Origin: Hyperthermus butylicus DSM 5456
GTDB taxonomy: Archaea > Thermoproteota > Thermoprotei_A > Sulfolobales > Pyrodictiaceae
Assembly: GCF_000015145.1 (NCBI RefSeq)
Contig: NC_008818.1
Coordinates: 270,001 to 302,000, forward strand
Direction of reading: 5' to 3'
DNA: 32,000 nucleotides
Under the pieces are notes generated by a model. The model was given only the letters and a program-made list of their open reading frames with translations. It made no database searches and had not been told where the DNA came from. Below are positions 8,732 to 17,222 of this stretch, in pieces (position 1 is the stretch's first letter; every line of letters starts with the position of its first letter). The translations under genes were made by a program, and so were the position numbers.

Positions 8732-8911
8732 CACACCACACAGGGATCCCAGCCCCGCGGGGAGGGCATGAAGAACGGGCTACCAGCCCAGAGCCCCTCA
8801 TCCATGGAGGGGCTGTGAGGAGGAAACCTCGGGGGCGACCCCTCCCCGGGGGCGTGGAGCGCATGGGATTTCTACCCGGGTACTGCTGGGCCTTCACGCC
8901 CCGGCTGACCG
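8732..8911. other. G+C-rich intergenic element with several stem-loops (possible structured RNA or terminator region)
   Basis: It contains CCCCGCGGGG (8753-8762), a perfect 8-bp stem with a 7-nt loop agcccctc-atccatg-gaggggct (8792-8814), and near-repeated cGGGGGCG blocks (8828-8854). Only an implausible antisense ORF covers it. Confidence 0.3.
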
Positions 8912-9241
8912 GTGTTGCCCAAGCTCTATCCGACCCCTCTCGTGATAGTCATTGCTGCAGCAGTACTTGCAGTCCTGAGCCTCGCCACCGGTGATACCGC
9001 TACAGCAGTCTATGCCGTGTTCTGGATGCTTGCAGGGCTAGCACTCGCATTGAAGGATGAGCCTCCGCTGCTAGCGCTAGCCTCCGCAATAGCAACCATG
9101 GCTGCGGCAGCAGTAATTGCTGGAGACTATACTGTGGTGCAGAAGTTTCTCGTAGCAGCTGCAGCTGCAGCACTAGCATACCTAGTCTACATACGTGCAA
9201 CCACAGCGAAACACCGCCTACAACGCGGGAGAAGGAGTTAG
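8912..9241 (+). CDS. Small Ala-rich membrane protein
   Basis: 109-aa ORF from GTG with 3-4 hydrophobic segments and a basic C-terminus (TTAKHRLQRGRRS). The start is uncertain. Confidence 0.5.
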   Translation: MLPKLYPTPLVIVIAAAVLAVLSLATGDTATAVYAVFWMLAGLALALKDEPPLLALASAIATMAAAAVIAGDYTVVQKFLVAAAAAALAYLVYIRATTAKHRLQRGRRS

Positions 9242-9341
9242 CACTGGCACTTACTCGCGCTATGCCTCCATGAACCCCAGGAGGAGCGGGCCTCGGCTCA
9301 CGGCCGTTGCCCACACCGCCCCCACCAGCTGGGGGCTTCGG

Positions 9342-9361
9342 GCTGACGTGCACACGTCAGC
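9342..9361. repeat. Perfect 9-bp inverted repeat
   Basis: The sequence is gctgacgtg-ca-cacgtcagc, read directly. It lies about 100 nt downstream of the 8912..9241 ORF. Confidence 0.6.
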
Positions 9362-9451
9362 GGCCCATGTAACAGTTCATAAGCCGTCCAGGCCTTATAT
9401 AAGCCGTACAGAGCTGGATACGCAATCCTGATATAGTCTAAGGCTTTAGAT

Positions 9452-9483
9452 CCGTCATCCCAAAAAACAAGCGTTGATGACGG
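9452..9483. repeat. 8-bp inverted repeat (hairpin) with an A-rich 16-nt loop
   Basis: The sequence is ccgtcatc-ccaaaaaacaagcgtt-gatgacgg, read directly. Confidence 0.6.
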
Positions 9484-9961
9484 AGCACGCTGGGATCCAG
9501 CTGGGCGAGTACCTACAAGGCTTGTAGCCAACCTGCTCTCTATCCTATTGCCGTTTTCACTAACTCCTTCTCACGATGGAGGAATACTTGTGTAGAATGG
9601 TTAGCAGCAAGAGCCTCCATGAACTCACTGGCTTCAAGCGCCACTCTGCCCCTAAGACGGTGTGGAGTGTTCAACCCGTCTCCTCTTGAGCGCTCTCTGG
9701 CTACATCAGTATCGCAGCCTTCAGCGGGCCTGGAGACCTGGAGAAGAACCCCTCAAGAAGCCATGATTTTCATCGGCTTCGGGCTTTTGGGTGGCTAGGA
9801 ATGCGGAGAAGCTCGCCATAGTCTAGCTGGTGGTCAAGCCTCGCCTCCACGGGTACTAGGGAGCCTTTCAAGCAGCTTCTTTGGCCTTCCTCCTAACCCT
9901 TATGCTGGTATACCCTGCAGCCACCACATACACTGTATAGACTGTCAAGCTCACATGCTAG

Positions 9962-10819
9962 CTACTGCATGGCGTAGCATGGGGCTGCAAAGAGTAATGC
10001 TGCACCGAGCAGTATTAAGCCAGCTACTGTCGGCAACATTATGAGCGTTACTGTAGGATCCCGTTTTGCTACCAGCAGGATAGCCGCGACTGCTGCGCTG
10101 CCTCCAACAATGGCATAGTATATCGCTAGGAGGCTGGTTTTGCTGCCCCACTCCTCTGGCTCCCAGTTGCTGCCATAGTCTACCGGGACCTTGTCCGGGA
10201 GGGCTGCATAGGCTATAGCGCCGAGCACAGCCCCCATAACCACCACGGCTGCCAGTGCTAGCAGCATTATCCTCGCCCTCTCCCTCTGCAGCCTCGGCGC
10301 ATTCTCTGCATCAATTCTGGAAGAGCCAGCCACAAGACCCTCAAGTTTATCCGCTAGCTCTGGCGCGTTACCACCAACGAAGACTGTCCTACCGTTAGCT
10401 AGCTCTAGGGCTAGCAGGTTCTCCAGCCTCTCAGCGTATATGTAGGCCCTACCATACCCCTTGACCTCGAAGAGCCCCGAGTAGAAGCCTGGCAACGATG
10501 TTCCGGCAAGCCTCCACACCGGCACCACCTTATCAACAACGCGTACAGATCTAATGGCATCAAGCGGTATCTCTATCACACCACAAGACCCCATATCTAC
10601 GTGGAGCGTGTCAATATCCAGGCTCGCTCTTACCCTACAGATTCTCGGCAGGAACACAAGCAGAGCCGGCAATACCACCACTAAAAGCCCAAGCCCAGCA
10701 GCGAAGGCTACAGCTGCAGGCGGGCAAGGCGGCAACCCTGTAAGGGCGATAACAACAACGACGATCGGGGTTGCAACCATGCTCAGGGCTATGCGTAAAA
10801 CCGTATCAGAGTATGCCAA
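9962..10819 (-). CDS. Membrane protein with a bacterial-PH-like domain and a DUF1648-like segment
   Basis: 285-aa ORF from TTG (an alternative ATG is at 10780). N-terminal TMs are followed by a bPH-like stretch (IPLDAIRSVRVV...GTSLPGFYSGLFEVKGYGRAYIYA...). A TM comes next, followed by LPDKVPVDYGSNWEPEEWGSKTSLL, which resembles the DUF1648/SdpI N-terminal motif. More TMs follow. Confidence 0.75.
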   Translation of the reverse strand: MAYSDTVLRIALSMVATPIVVVVIALTGLPPCPPAAVAFAAGLGLLVVVLPALLVFLPRICRVRASLDIDTLHVDMGSCGVIEIPLDAIRSVRVVDKVVPVWRLAGTSLPGFYSGLFEVKGYGRAYIYAERLENLLALELANGRTVFVGGNAPELADKLEGLVAGSSRIDAENAPRLQRERARIMLLALAAVVVMGAVLGAIAYAALPDKVPVDYGSNWEPEEWGSKTSLLAIYYAIVGGSAAVAAILLVAKRDPTVTLIMLPTVAGLILLGAALLFAAPCYAMQ

Positions 10820-10930
10820 GAGGCTCCCTTACACGTAGAGCACAGTGTAGATGGGTTATGAAGCCTCCGATCACCCACTTAGGAGGTGTTTGAGCGTAAA
10901 AACTGCCGGTGGGTAGGGGCTACGGTATGG

Positions 10931-11810
10931 TTAATGATGTTGCCTCGTATGGCGCGGTATCTGTGGCTGTATAGGCTGTGGGATAAACTCCACACCAGGC
11001 CTGTTATACGGCGCTTGAGGGTATAGCTCCATTAGCTCGTAGACCTCTGGTGGCAATTCCGTCTTCACCGGCAAGCCTAGCTCTCTAGCCTTCTCCACGG
11101 TTATCGGGTAGTCGTGTGTCCAGCCGCCTTCGGTCAGCTTTTTCGCTAGCTCCCAAGCCTTCTCCTCGCCCATCTTGTCGCGGAGCAGGTAGACTATGAG
11201 TTCCTGCATCTCCCTTATAGCCTTCTCTGCGACATCGGCAACTACCAGCGTCGTATCGCTCGCCTTATCTCCCTTCATCTTTGCAACCTTGACTATGCTC
11301 GGTGCTGGCACTACTGGGCCCTGCGGCCCCAGCGCTAACTGTGGATCGAGCGGGCCTAGCACGGCATTCGGATCCATCAATATCTCGTCGGCTGCCAACG
11401 CGATGAGGGTGCCACCACTCATCGCGTAATGTGGCACTATCACAATCTTCTTTCCGGGATGCCTCTTCAGCGCCATGGCTATCTGGCTTGCGGCGAGGAC
11501 TAGGCCGCCCGGCGTGTGGAGTATAAGGGCTATAGGCTTGTTTGGCGGCGTCGTACGTATCGCTCTCAACACCGCCTCGGAGTCCTCAATATCTATGAAC
11601 CGGCGTATCGGTATGCCGAAGAACGATATTCTCTCCTCCCTATGTATCATTGTCACTAATCATTGTCACTACACGCCAGCCGTACTTCTCCTCAATACGC
11701 CTTATCAGCGCCAGCCTTGCAGCCTGCATCCTCCTGATGCTCAGCACGGGCTCCAGCATCATCAGGAGGAACAACAGTCAGAAGAGGAAGAATATCGTGC
11801 TGTTAACCAT
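10931..11810 (-). pseudogene. SDH-family (ClpP-fold, 'serine dehydrogenase proteinase') membrane serine protease, disrupted by a 13-bp duplication frameshift and an in-frame TGA
   Basis: The catalytic part is intact in the track ORF 10931..11656 (IHREERISFFGIPIRRFIDIEDSEAVLRAIR...LILHTPGGL...VPHYAMSGGTLIALAADEI...VLGPLDPQ). The family-typical N-terminus (MVNSTIFFLF*LLFLLMMLEPVLSIRRMQAARLALIRRIEEKYGWRVVTMI) is in another frame. Deleting one copy of the 13-mer restores ...GWRVVTMIHREE.... Confidence 0.7.
11646..11671. repeat. Perfect tandem duplication of a 13-mer (atcattgtcacta x2)
   Basis: Read directly: copies at 11646-11658 and 11659-11671 are identical. 13 nt equals +1 in frame terms, which matches the frame offset between the two halves of the protease gene. 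Confidence 0.9.
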
Positions 11811-11950
11811 GTCTATTAGTGAGGGGGCAGCAGCCTCCCCAGCCAAGACCTCTCTGCACCAATAGGGCTAACCCATGCCAGGGGGCTTAAAGGGGAGACG
11901 AGAAATGTTTGGATGAACAATACTCCATTGCTCAGGAGGCACTACAAGGA

Positions 11951-13306
11951 CTACTTTGCAAGGGTTATTATCTTCTCATAGAACCAGTTCATTGTCTTCT
12001 CACTCCAGAGCTCGTTGCGGCCCCAGCGTACGCCCTCCGGAACCTTGGTCTCTACCGGGCCTACCTGTTTGCCGGAGCTGTCTATCGTGTAGCCCCTTAT
12101 CGGGCCAGTGAACGGCTCGAATAGTAGTTCCTTCATCTCCTCATATAGCCTCTTTATCTCCTCAAGCGCCTTCGCCGGTATTGCCTCGGTGTTCAGCGTT
12201 GCAAGATAGACCGCGCCCTCCGGCTTACCAGCCGTAGACTCTTCGATGGGCCGCCTCCACCTTATCGGCGTGAAGTCGCCTAGGCGGGCCCAGATATCCT
12301 CCTTCTCCGCTATCCCCAGCACCTTCTTTGCGAGCAGGTAGGTGTATATGGGGGCCCAGTCGGCCACCTGGCCTGTCAGGTGGCTTCTCTTTATCCTCTC
12401 AACCATCTTCTCGTCCTTGGTCTTGCTTAGCAGGTATGAGAGCATATCGCTGTAGTGGCTGAAGCTGTAAACCCCGTACTCTGCTGCTGTCTCGAGTATT
12501 GCCGTGGAATCCTCTGTGTAGGCTATCACGTCTACGTTGTATGCGTTTATGAGTGTTTCAGCGTAGCTCCTGGCTTTAGGCGGGTCGAACCACTGGAAGA
12601 GCGGCGCGGTCACGTAGATCTCTAGCTTGCGGCCATTGTCGCAGTTACCGGTTATCTTTGCACCGTACACTGCGCCGAGAGCAAATGCGTTTATGTGCCT
12701 GACGACTTCCGGTATGAGGAAGGCTGGTACGTAGCCTACCCTGCATGTCTTGGTGACAGCGCCTGCCGCTATTCCGTTTAGGTAGTAGAGCTGGTAGAAC
12801 TCGGCGAAGTAGGTGACAACGTTTGGTAGATCCTTGAACTCCTCCCAGGGCCCGCTGCAGTGGTAGAAGGTTACCTCCGGGTACTCCCTGGCTAGCCTCT
12901 TAATCGCATCCATGTAGCCAAAGCTTGTAGCGAAGACTGCCTGGTAGCCATACTCCTCTATGGCCCGTTTTATCGTTGTGTAGGCCTGGTTTTCCGGTAT
13001 CTTCTCAACGTACGTCTGTACACTGGTATCCACGAAATCCTTCAGCGCCTCGAGGGCCCTCCCGCGGCCGACATGATGTGCGTGCGTCCAGCCGACATCT
13101 CCTACGGGGCCGACATAGATCCAGAGTGCTCGGAGCTTCTGGCCCTGCTGGCTCCTGCTAAACTGCTTGGTGGCTGGCTGAGCTGTACTGCTTGACTCAG
13201 GGGTCCCACTTGTGCCGCTGCCTAGGAGAGATGCCCCAAGCGCGCCTAGGGCTAGGCCAGCAGCGCCTACGCCTAGGAGTTTGAGGAGCTCTCTCCTGGA
13301 GGGCAT
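11951..13306 (-). CDS. BMP-family (PnrA/Med-like) ABC-type substrate-binding protein with a Tat signal
   Basis: The twin-arginine leader is MPSRRELLKLLGVGAAGLALGA, followed by an S/T-rich linker. The BMP-type motif is YVGPVGDVGWTHAHHVGR. At 451 aa it has an extra C-terminal region. No cognate permease or ATPase is adjacent. Confidence 0.8.
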   Translation of the reverse strand: MPSRRELLKLLGVGAAGLALGALGASLLGSGTSGTPESSSTAQPATKQFSRSQQGQKLRALWIYVGPVGDVGWTHAHHVGRGRALEALKDFVDTSVQTYVEKIPENQAYTTIKRAIEEYGYQAVFATSFGYMDAIKRLAREYPEVTFYHCSGPWEEFKDLPNVVTYFAEFYQLYYLNGIAAGAVTKTCRVGYVPAFLIPEVVRHINAFALGAVYGAKITGNCDNGRKLEIYVTAPLFQWFDPPKARSYAETLINAYNVDVIAYTEDSTAILETAAEYGVYSFSHYSDMLSYLLSKTKDEKMVERIKRSHLTGQVADWAPIYTYLLAKKVLGIAEKEDIWARLGDFTPIRWRRPIEESTAGKPEGAVYLATLNTEAIPAKALEEIKRLYEEMKELLFEPFTGPIRGYTIDSSGKQVGPVETKVPEGVRWGRNELWSEKTMNWFYEKIITLAK

Positions 13307-13337
13307 GGCGGTACTCCATGATGGCTTCTCGGCGGTG

Positions 13338-13396
13338 TTTACTTATAAGCTGGTTCTAGAATAGTTGTACCTGGGTTTTTTGCATCAGTTGATGCA
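13338..13396. promoter_or_regulatory. Divergent promoter region: a palindromic TATA-like box plus a 7-bp inverted repeat
   Basis: The box tttaCTTATAAGc (13338-13350) lies between the divergent binding-protein and HTH-PRTase genes. The repeat TGCATCA-gt-TGATGCA (13381-13396) sits where an operator just downstream of the + strand transcription start would be. These are predictions only. Confidence 0.3.
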
Positions 13397-14135
13397 TAGT
13401 GGGTTGCGGGAAGCGATGAAGAGTCCCCGGAGCGGTAGGCTGGGCAGGGTAGCCTTCACAGTTACCGTAGTCTCCGCGCTGAGGCTGGCAAAGGAGAGGT
13501 TCACCTACCGCGAGCTATCCACCGCCACCGGTATACCTGCTCCACAGATTGCCCGCTACGTGTCTGGCAGTAGCCTCCCAAGCAGCGAGAAGGCCGAGAG
13601 GATACTCAGGGGGCTCTGGAAGCTAGCTGACCCTCGCCGTGCACTTGCAGAGAGACTGGCCGAGACTGGGGGCGTTCTCGACACCAGTGTGGTGCTGACA
13701 GACCCCCTATACCTCACCCTGGCGAGCCTATACTACCTGGAGAGGCTCAGAGACATCGAGCCAACAAGGATACTAGTGCCGGAGGCGTCCGGCATACCGT
13801 TAGCAACAAGCCTAAGCCTACTCCTTGGCGCCCCATTCACTGTTGCCAGGCGCTACATGGGTTACGGGCTATGCAGCAGCAGCGAGCCGAGATTCTGCAT
13901 CCGTCCCGGCCAGCTAGGCAGGAGCGACCGCGTACTCATAGTAGACGACATAGTTGAGACCGGCATGACTCTCCGAGCACTCGAGGAGATAGCGGATAGT
14001 ATTGGAGCCCGGGTGGAGGCTGTGGCCGCCCTGGTGGTTGTAGGTGATGAATGGAGGAGACACACCAGGATAGCCCGCATAGAGGCAATGGTGTACCTCA
14101 AGAAGCCGGGGATGAGGAGGGAGCCAGGCCTATAG
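13392..14135 (+). CDS. HTH-domain / phosphoribosyltransferase-domain protein (PyrE-like, PurR/GfcR-type putative regulator)
   Basis: The N-terminal HTH is [36 protein letters not shown]. The C-terminal PRPP-binding motif is [18 protein letters not shown]. The start is uncertain: track TTG at 13365, or ATGs at 13392 or 13416. Confidence 0.8.
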   Translation: MHSGLREAMKSPRSGRLGRVAFTVTVVSALRLAKERFTYRELSTATGIPAPQIARYVSGSSLPSSEKAERILRGLWKLADPRRALAERLAETGGVLDTSVVLTDPLYLTLASLYYLERLRDIEPTRILVPEASGIPLATSLSLLLGAPFTVARRYMGYGLCSSSEPRFCIRPGQLGRSDRVLIVDDIVETGMTLRALEEIADSIGARVEAVAALVVVGDEWRRHTRIARIEAMVYLKKPGMRREPGL

Positions 14136-14236
14136 CTCGGCATGGCATGTGCATCGTGCACTGCACTGAAAGCTTTATGAATGAAAAGTGGAGGTGCTCA
14201 CAAACTACCGGTCTGGCCTGTGGGAAAGGGGGAAGG

Positions 14237-16450
14237 GTGAGCCCGGAGGTAGGTTATACCGTGCCGGCGGAGGTTCGGTTGAGAGTTGCCGAGGCTCTTA
14301 GTAGGGATGTTGGCAGGAAGATTGCTCGCATCAGCCGCGAGGTCATGGCTAGGTTAGGTGTGGAGGTTGGTGACTATATTGAGATTGAAGGGCCTAGAGG
14401 TATTGCTGTTGCCCAGGTCTGGCCGCTGCACCCGGACGAGAGAGACCGGAACATTATTCGTATCGATGGCTACATGAGGGAGGCTATTGGCGCCAGTGTT
14501 GGCGACATGGTTACGGTGAGAAAGGCTGCAAATGTGCAGCCAGCCACGAGGGTAGTGTTGGCCCCTACGGAGCCGATACGCTTCGCAGCCGACTTCCCCG
14601 AATACGTGAAGGAGTACTTGCTGCGTAAGCCCCTGGCAAGGGGCGAGACTGTAGTCATCCCCGTATTTAGTACAGGCCTCAAGCTCGTAGTTGTCTCAAC
14701 ACAACCCAGCCAGTTCGTATACGTGACGAGGGATACTGAGATAGAGATAAGGGAGGAGCCGGTCAGGGAGGAGAGGATACACCGCGGCATCCCAAGGGTC
14801 ACCTGGGAGGATATCGGCGACTTAGAGGAAGCCAAGGAGAAGATAAGGGAGATAGTAGAGCTACCAATGAAGCACCCAGAGCTATTCGAGCACCTTGGCA
14901 TCGAGCCGCCGAAGGGTATACTGCTCTATGGCCCGCCGGGCGTGGGCAAGACCCTGCTGGCAAAGGCTCTGGCGAACGAAATAGGAGCATACTTCATCGC
15001 TATTAACGGTCCAGAGATCATGAGCAAGTACTATGGCGAGAGCGAGCAGAGGCTGAGAGAAATCTTCGAGGAGGCCGAGAAGAACGCTCCAAGCATCATC
15101 TTCATAGACGAGATAGACGCGATAGCCCCGAGACGTGAGGAGGTAACCGGCGAGGTAGAAAAGCGCGTTGTAGCCCAGCTGCTAACCCTCATGGACGGCC
15201 TAAAGGAGCGCGGCCGCGTAATAGTAATCGGCGCCACTAACAGACCCGACGCCATAGACCCAGCGCTACGCCGCCCAGGCCGCTTCGACAGGGAGATAGA
15301 GATACGGCCGCCGGACAAGAGGGCGCGTAAGGAGATACTCCAGGTACACGTACGTAACATGCCACTGGCAGACGACGTAGACCTAGACAAGATAGCTGAG
15401 ATGACCCACGGCTACACCGGCGCCGACCTAGCAGCCCTAGCAAAGGAGGCTGCTATGAACGCGCTGAGGAGGTTCATCAAGAGCGGCAGGATAGACTTGA
15501 ACAAGCCGATACCCGCCGAGGTGCTTAGGGAGTTAAAGGTAACCATGGCAGACTTCCTCGAGGCTATGAGGCACGTGCAGCCAAGCCTGATAAGGGAGAT
15601 CTATATCGAGGTACCAGAGGTACACTGGGACGACATAGGCGGCCTAGACGATGTAAAGCAGCAGCTCCGTGAGGCTATTGAGTGGCCCTTGACACATCCC
15701 GAGCTGTTCGAACAGATGGGCGTAAGACCCCCGAAGGGTATACTGCTCTTTGGCCCACCTGGTACGGGTAAGACGCTCCTCGCTAAGGCTGCTGCGACGG
15801 AGAGTGGAGCCAACTTCATAGCGGTAAGAGGACCCGAAATACTCAGCAAATGGGTAGGCGAAAGCGAGAAGGCGATCAGACAGATATTCCGGCGGGCACG
15901 CCAGGTAGCTCCGGCAATAATCTTCTTCGACGAGATAGACGCTATCGCACCGGCACGCGGCATGAGGTACGACACGAGCGGCGTAACCGACCGCATCGTA
16001 AACCAGCTACTAACCGAGATGGATGGCATCGAGCCGCTCACAAACGTCGTCGTGATAGCTGCCACGAATAGGCCGGACATCCTCGATCCAGCACTGCTAC
16101 GTCCAGGTAGGTTTGACAGACTAATCTACGTGCCACCGCCAGACAAGAAGTCAAGGCTCGAGATACTGAGGATACACACGAGGAGGATGCCGCTGGCAGA
16201 GGACGTAGACCTCGAGCTAATCGCCGAGAAGACCGAGGGCTATACTGGTGCCGACCTGGAGGCTGTATGCCGTGAGGCAGCAATGATAGCGCTCCGGGAG
16301 ACATTCAAGAAGACTGGTAAGCCGCAAGCCGTGCTGGTCCGAATGGAGCACTTCGAGAAAGCACTGCAAGCAATACCTCCGAGTCTAACACCGGAGGATA
16401 TAAGGCGCTATGAGAGGCTGGCAAAAGAGCTAAAGAGAATGGTTACCTAA
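14237..16450 (+). CDS. cdc48: CDC48/VCP-type AAA+ ATPase
   Basis: The N-domain is [10 protein letters not shown]...[24 protein letters not shown]. Two AAA modules are present ([13 protein letters not shown]...IIFIDEID; [13 protein letters not shown]...IIFFDEID). A GTG at 14237, preceded by gggggaagg, gives about 737 aa. The track's 5' extension (14051-) overlaps the upstream gene and looks spurious. Confidence 0.93.
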   Translation: MSPEVGYTVPAEVRLRVAEALSRDVGRKIARISREVMARLGVEVGDYIEIEGPRGIAVAQVWPLHPDERDRNIIRIDGYMREAIGASVGDMVTVRKAANVQPATRVVLAPTEPIRFAADFPEYVKEYLLRKPLARGETVVIPVFSTGLKLVVVSTQPSQFVYVTRDTEIEIREEPVREERIHRGIPRVTWEDIGDLEEAKEKIREIVELPMKHPELFEHLGIEPPKGILLYGPPGVGKTLLAKALANEIGAYFIAINGPEIMSKYYGESEQRLREIFEEAEKNAPSIIFIDEIDAIAPRREEVTGEVEKRVVAQLLTLMDGLKERGRVIVIGATNRPDAIDPALRRPGRFDREIEIRPPDKRARKEILQVHVRNMPLADDVDLDKIAEMTHGYTGADLAALAKEAAMNALRRFIKSGRIDLNKPIPAEVLRELKVTMADFLEAMRHVQPSLIREIYIEVPEVHWDDIGGLDDVKQQLREAIEWPLTHPELFEQMGVRPPKGILLFGPPGTGKTLLAKAAATESGANFIAVRGPEILSKWVGESEKAIRQIFRRARQVAPAIIFFDEIDAIAPARGMRYDTSGVTDRIVNQLLTEMDGIEPLTNVVVIAATNRPDILDPALLRPGRFDRLIYVPPPDKKSRLEILRIHTRRMPLAEDVDLELIAEKTEGYTGADLEAVCREAAMIALRETFKKTGKPQAVLVRMEHFEKALQAIPPSLTPEDIRRYERLAKELKRMVT

Positions 16451-16455
16451 CCGTT

Positions 16456-16545
16456 GCATAGCAGTACCGGCATAATGTTGCTATGCTTGGAGGAGGCGTT
16501 CCGGCGAGAACCAGGCTAAGACCCTTTTCGGTTTTAGCGGTTTTA
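16456..16545 (+). terminator. Candidate termination region after cdc48
   Basis: An 8-bp hairpin gcatagca...tgctatgc (16456-16486) starts 6 nt after the stop. Three T4 tracts follow (16525-28, 16532-35, 16541-44), as expected for archaeal oligo-T termination. Confidence 0.3.
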
Positions 16546-16915
16546 TCGCCTCGACAACGTCTACCCACACCACCCCCGCTACGACTAGTTTGGTCCTCGC
16601 ATCCACTATCTCCATAATGCTTTTCGTAGAACTGGTCTTCAACCCTTGTCGCCTAGGCTTGAACAACCTACCAGAACCACTACAGCTCACCCGGTAATAC
16701 ATCACCAAGACCGACTAAGACTGGGAGATTGGTTTCCATAACTCCAGGTCAACTCCCTATGACATAATCCCTCCAACTGCTCTCTTTGGGCCGGTTGAGA
16801 CTAGGTGAGAGTTATGGAGGCTCTCTGATAGAGATTTGATAAGCCTGCTGCAGCCATCGTTCCCGCTTTAGTAGCTACTGTCTTCGTAGTCAACGTTTCT
16901 ATGGATCCTTTCGGG

Positions 16916-17197
16916 CTAGGTTTCTTTTTGTGCAGCTTGGTCAAGGAGCTTTTTGAGCCACTCGTAGAGGTAGCCTGGGTCGCTTGGCAGTCCTTCTACT
17001 TGCCCGTATCCCTCAACGACTATGGTGGGCTCGGTTTCGGTGCTGCAGTCTCTTATCCTTACGACTATAATGTTTAGGCTGTACTCCTGCTCTATTATCT
17101 CCCTAAACTCCTCCAGCCAGCTTGCAGCTGTATAGCCTATGTGGTCATCGCAGTAGCGAACTGTTACAACGATGCAGTTGTCTCTGGCAGCCTCCAT
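16916..17197 (-). CDS. Hypothetical 93-aa protein, possibly thioredoxin-fold-like
   Basis: ATG-initiated ORF. EPTIVVEGYGQVEGLPSDPGYLYEWLKKLL resembles the cis-Pro strand and C-terminal helix of small Trx-fold proteins. The expected CxxC position reads YCDDH. The fold call is weak. Confidence 0.5.
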   Translation of the reverse strand: MEAARDNCIVVTVRYCDDHIGYTAASWLEEFREIIEQEYSLNIIVVRIRDCSTETEPTIVVEGYGQVEGLPSDPGYLYEWLKKLLDQAAQKET

Positions 17198-17222
17198 GAA
17201 TGATGCCCCTCCCTTGTTGTAG

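Noticed and set aside
8682-9353. Minus-strand ORFs 8682..8897 (71 aa) and 9000..9353 (117 aa).
   Set aside because: Both translate to P/G/R-rich low-complexity sequence. One is antisense to the membrane ORF 8912..9241, and the other covers the hairpin-rich spacer.
9421-9500. A possible C/D-box sRNA. TGATGA occurs at 9475-9480 and CTGA at about 9428.
   Set aside because: The box order and spacing are wrong: CTGA precedes the C-like box, and no D box lies downstream within about 70 nt. The C-like box is preceded by U rather than a purine. The TGATGA is simply one arm of the hairpin.
9811-9840. The tRNA-like string gctcgccatagtctagctggtggtcaagcc, which resembles an acceptor stem plus D-arm.
   Set aside because: I could not pair a D-stem (AGTC has no GACT partner). 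There is no T-arm (GTTCRAATC) or matching 3' acceptor strand within reach on either strand.
11475-11865. Plus-strand ORFs 11475..11819 and 11650..11865.
   Set aside because: They are antisense to the protease gene and its displaced N-terminus. The minus-strand reading has clear family similarity, and the plus-strand reading has none.
14051-14236. The 5' extension of the cdc48 ORF, which overlaps the PRTase gene.
   Set aside because: The CDC48 N-domain begins at the GTG at 14237. The upstream part is Cys/His/Gly-rich junk and overlaps a well-supported gene.
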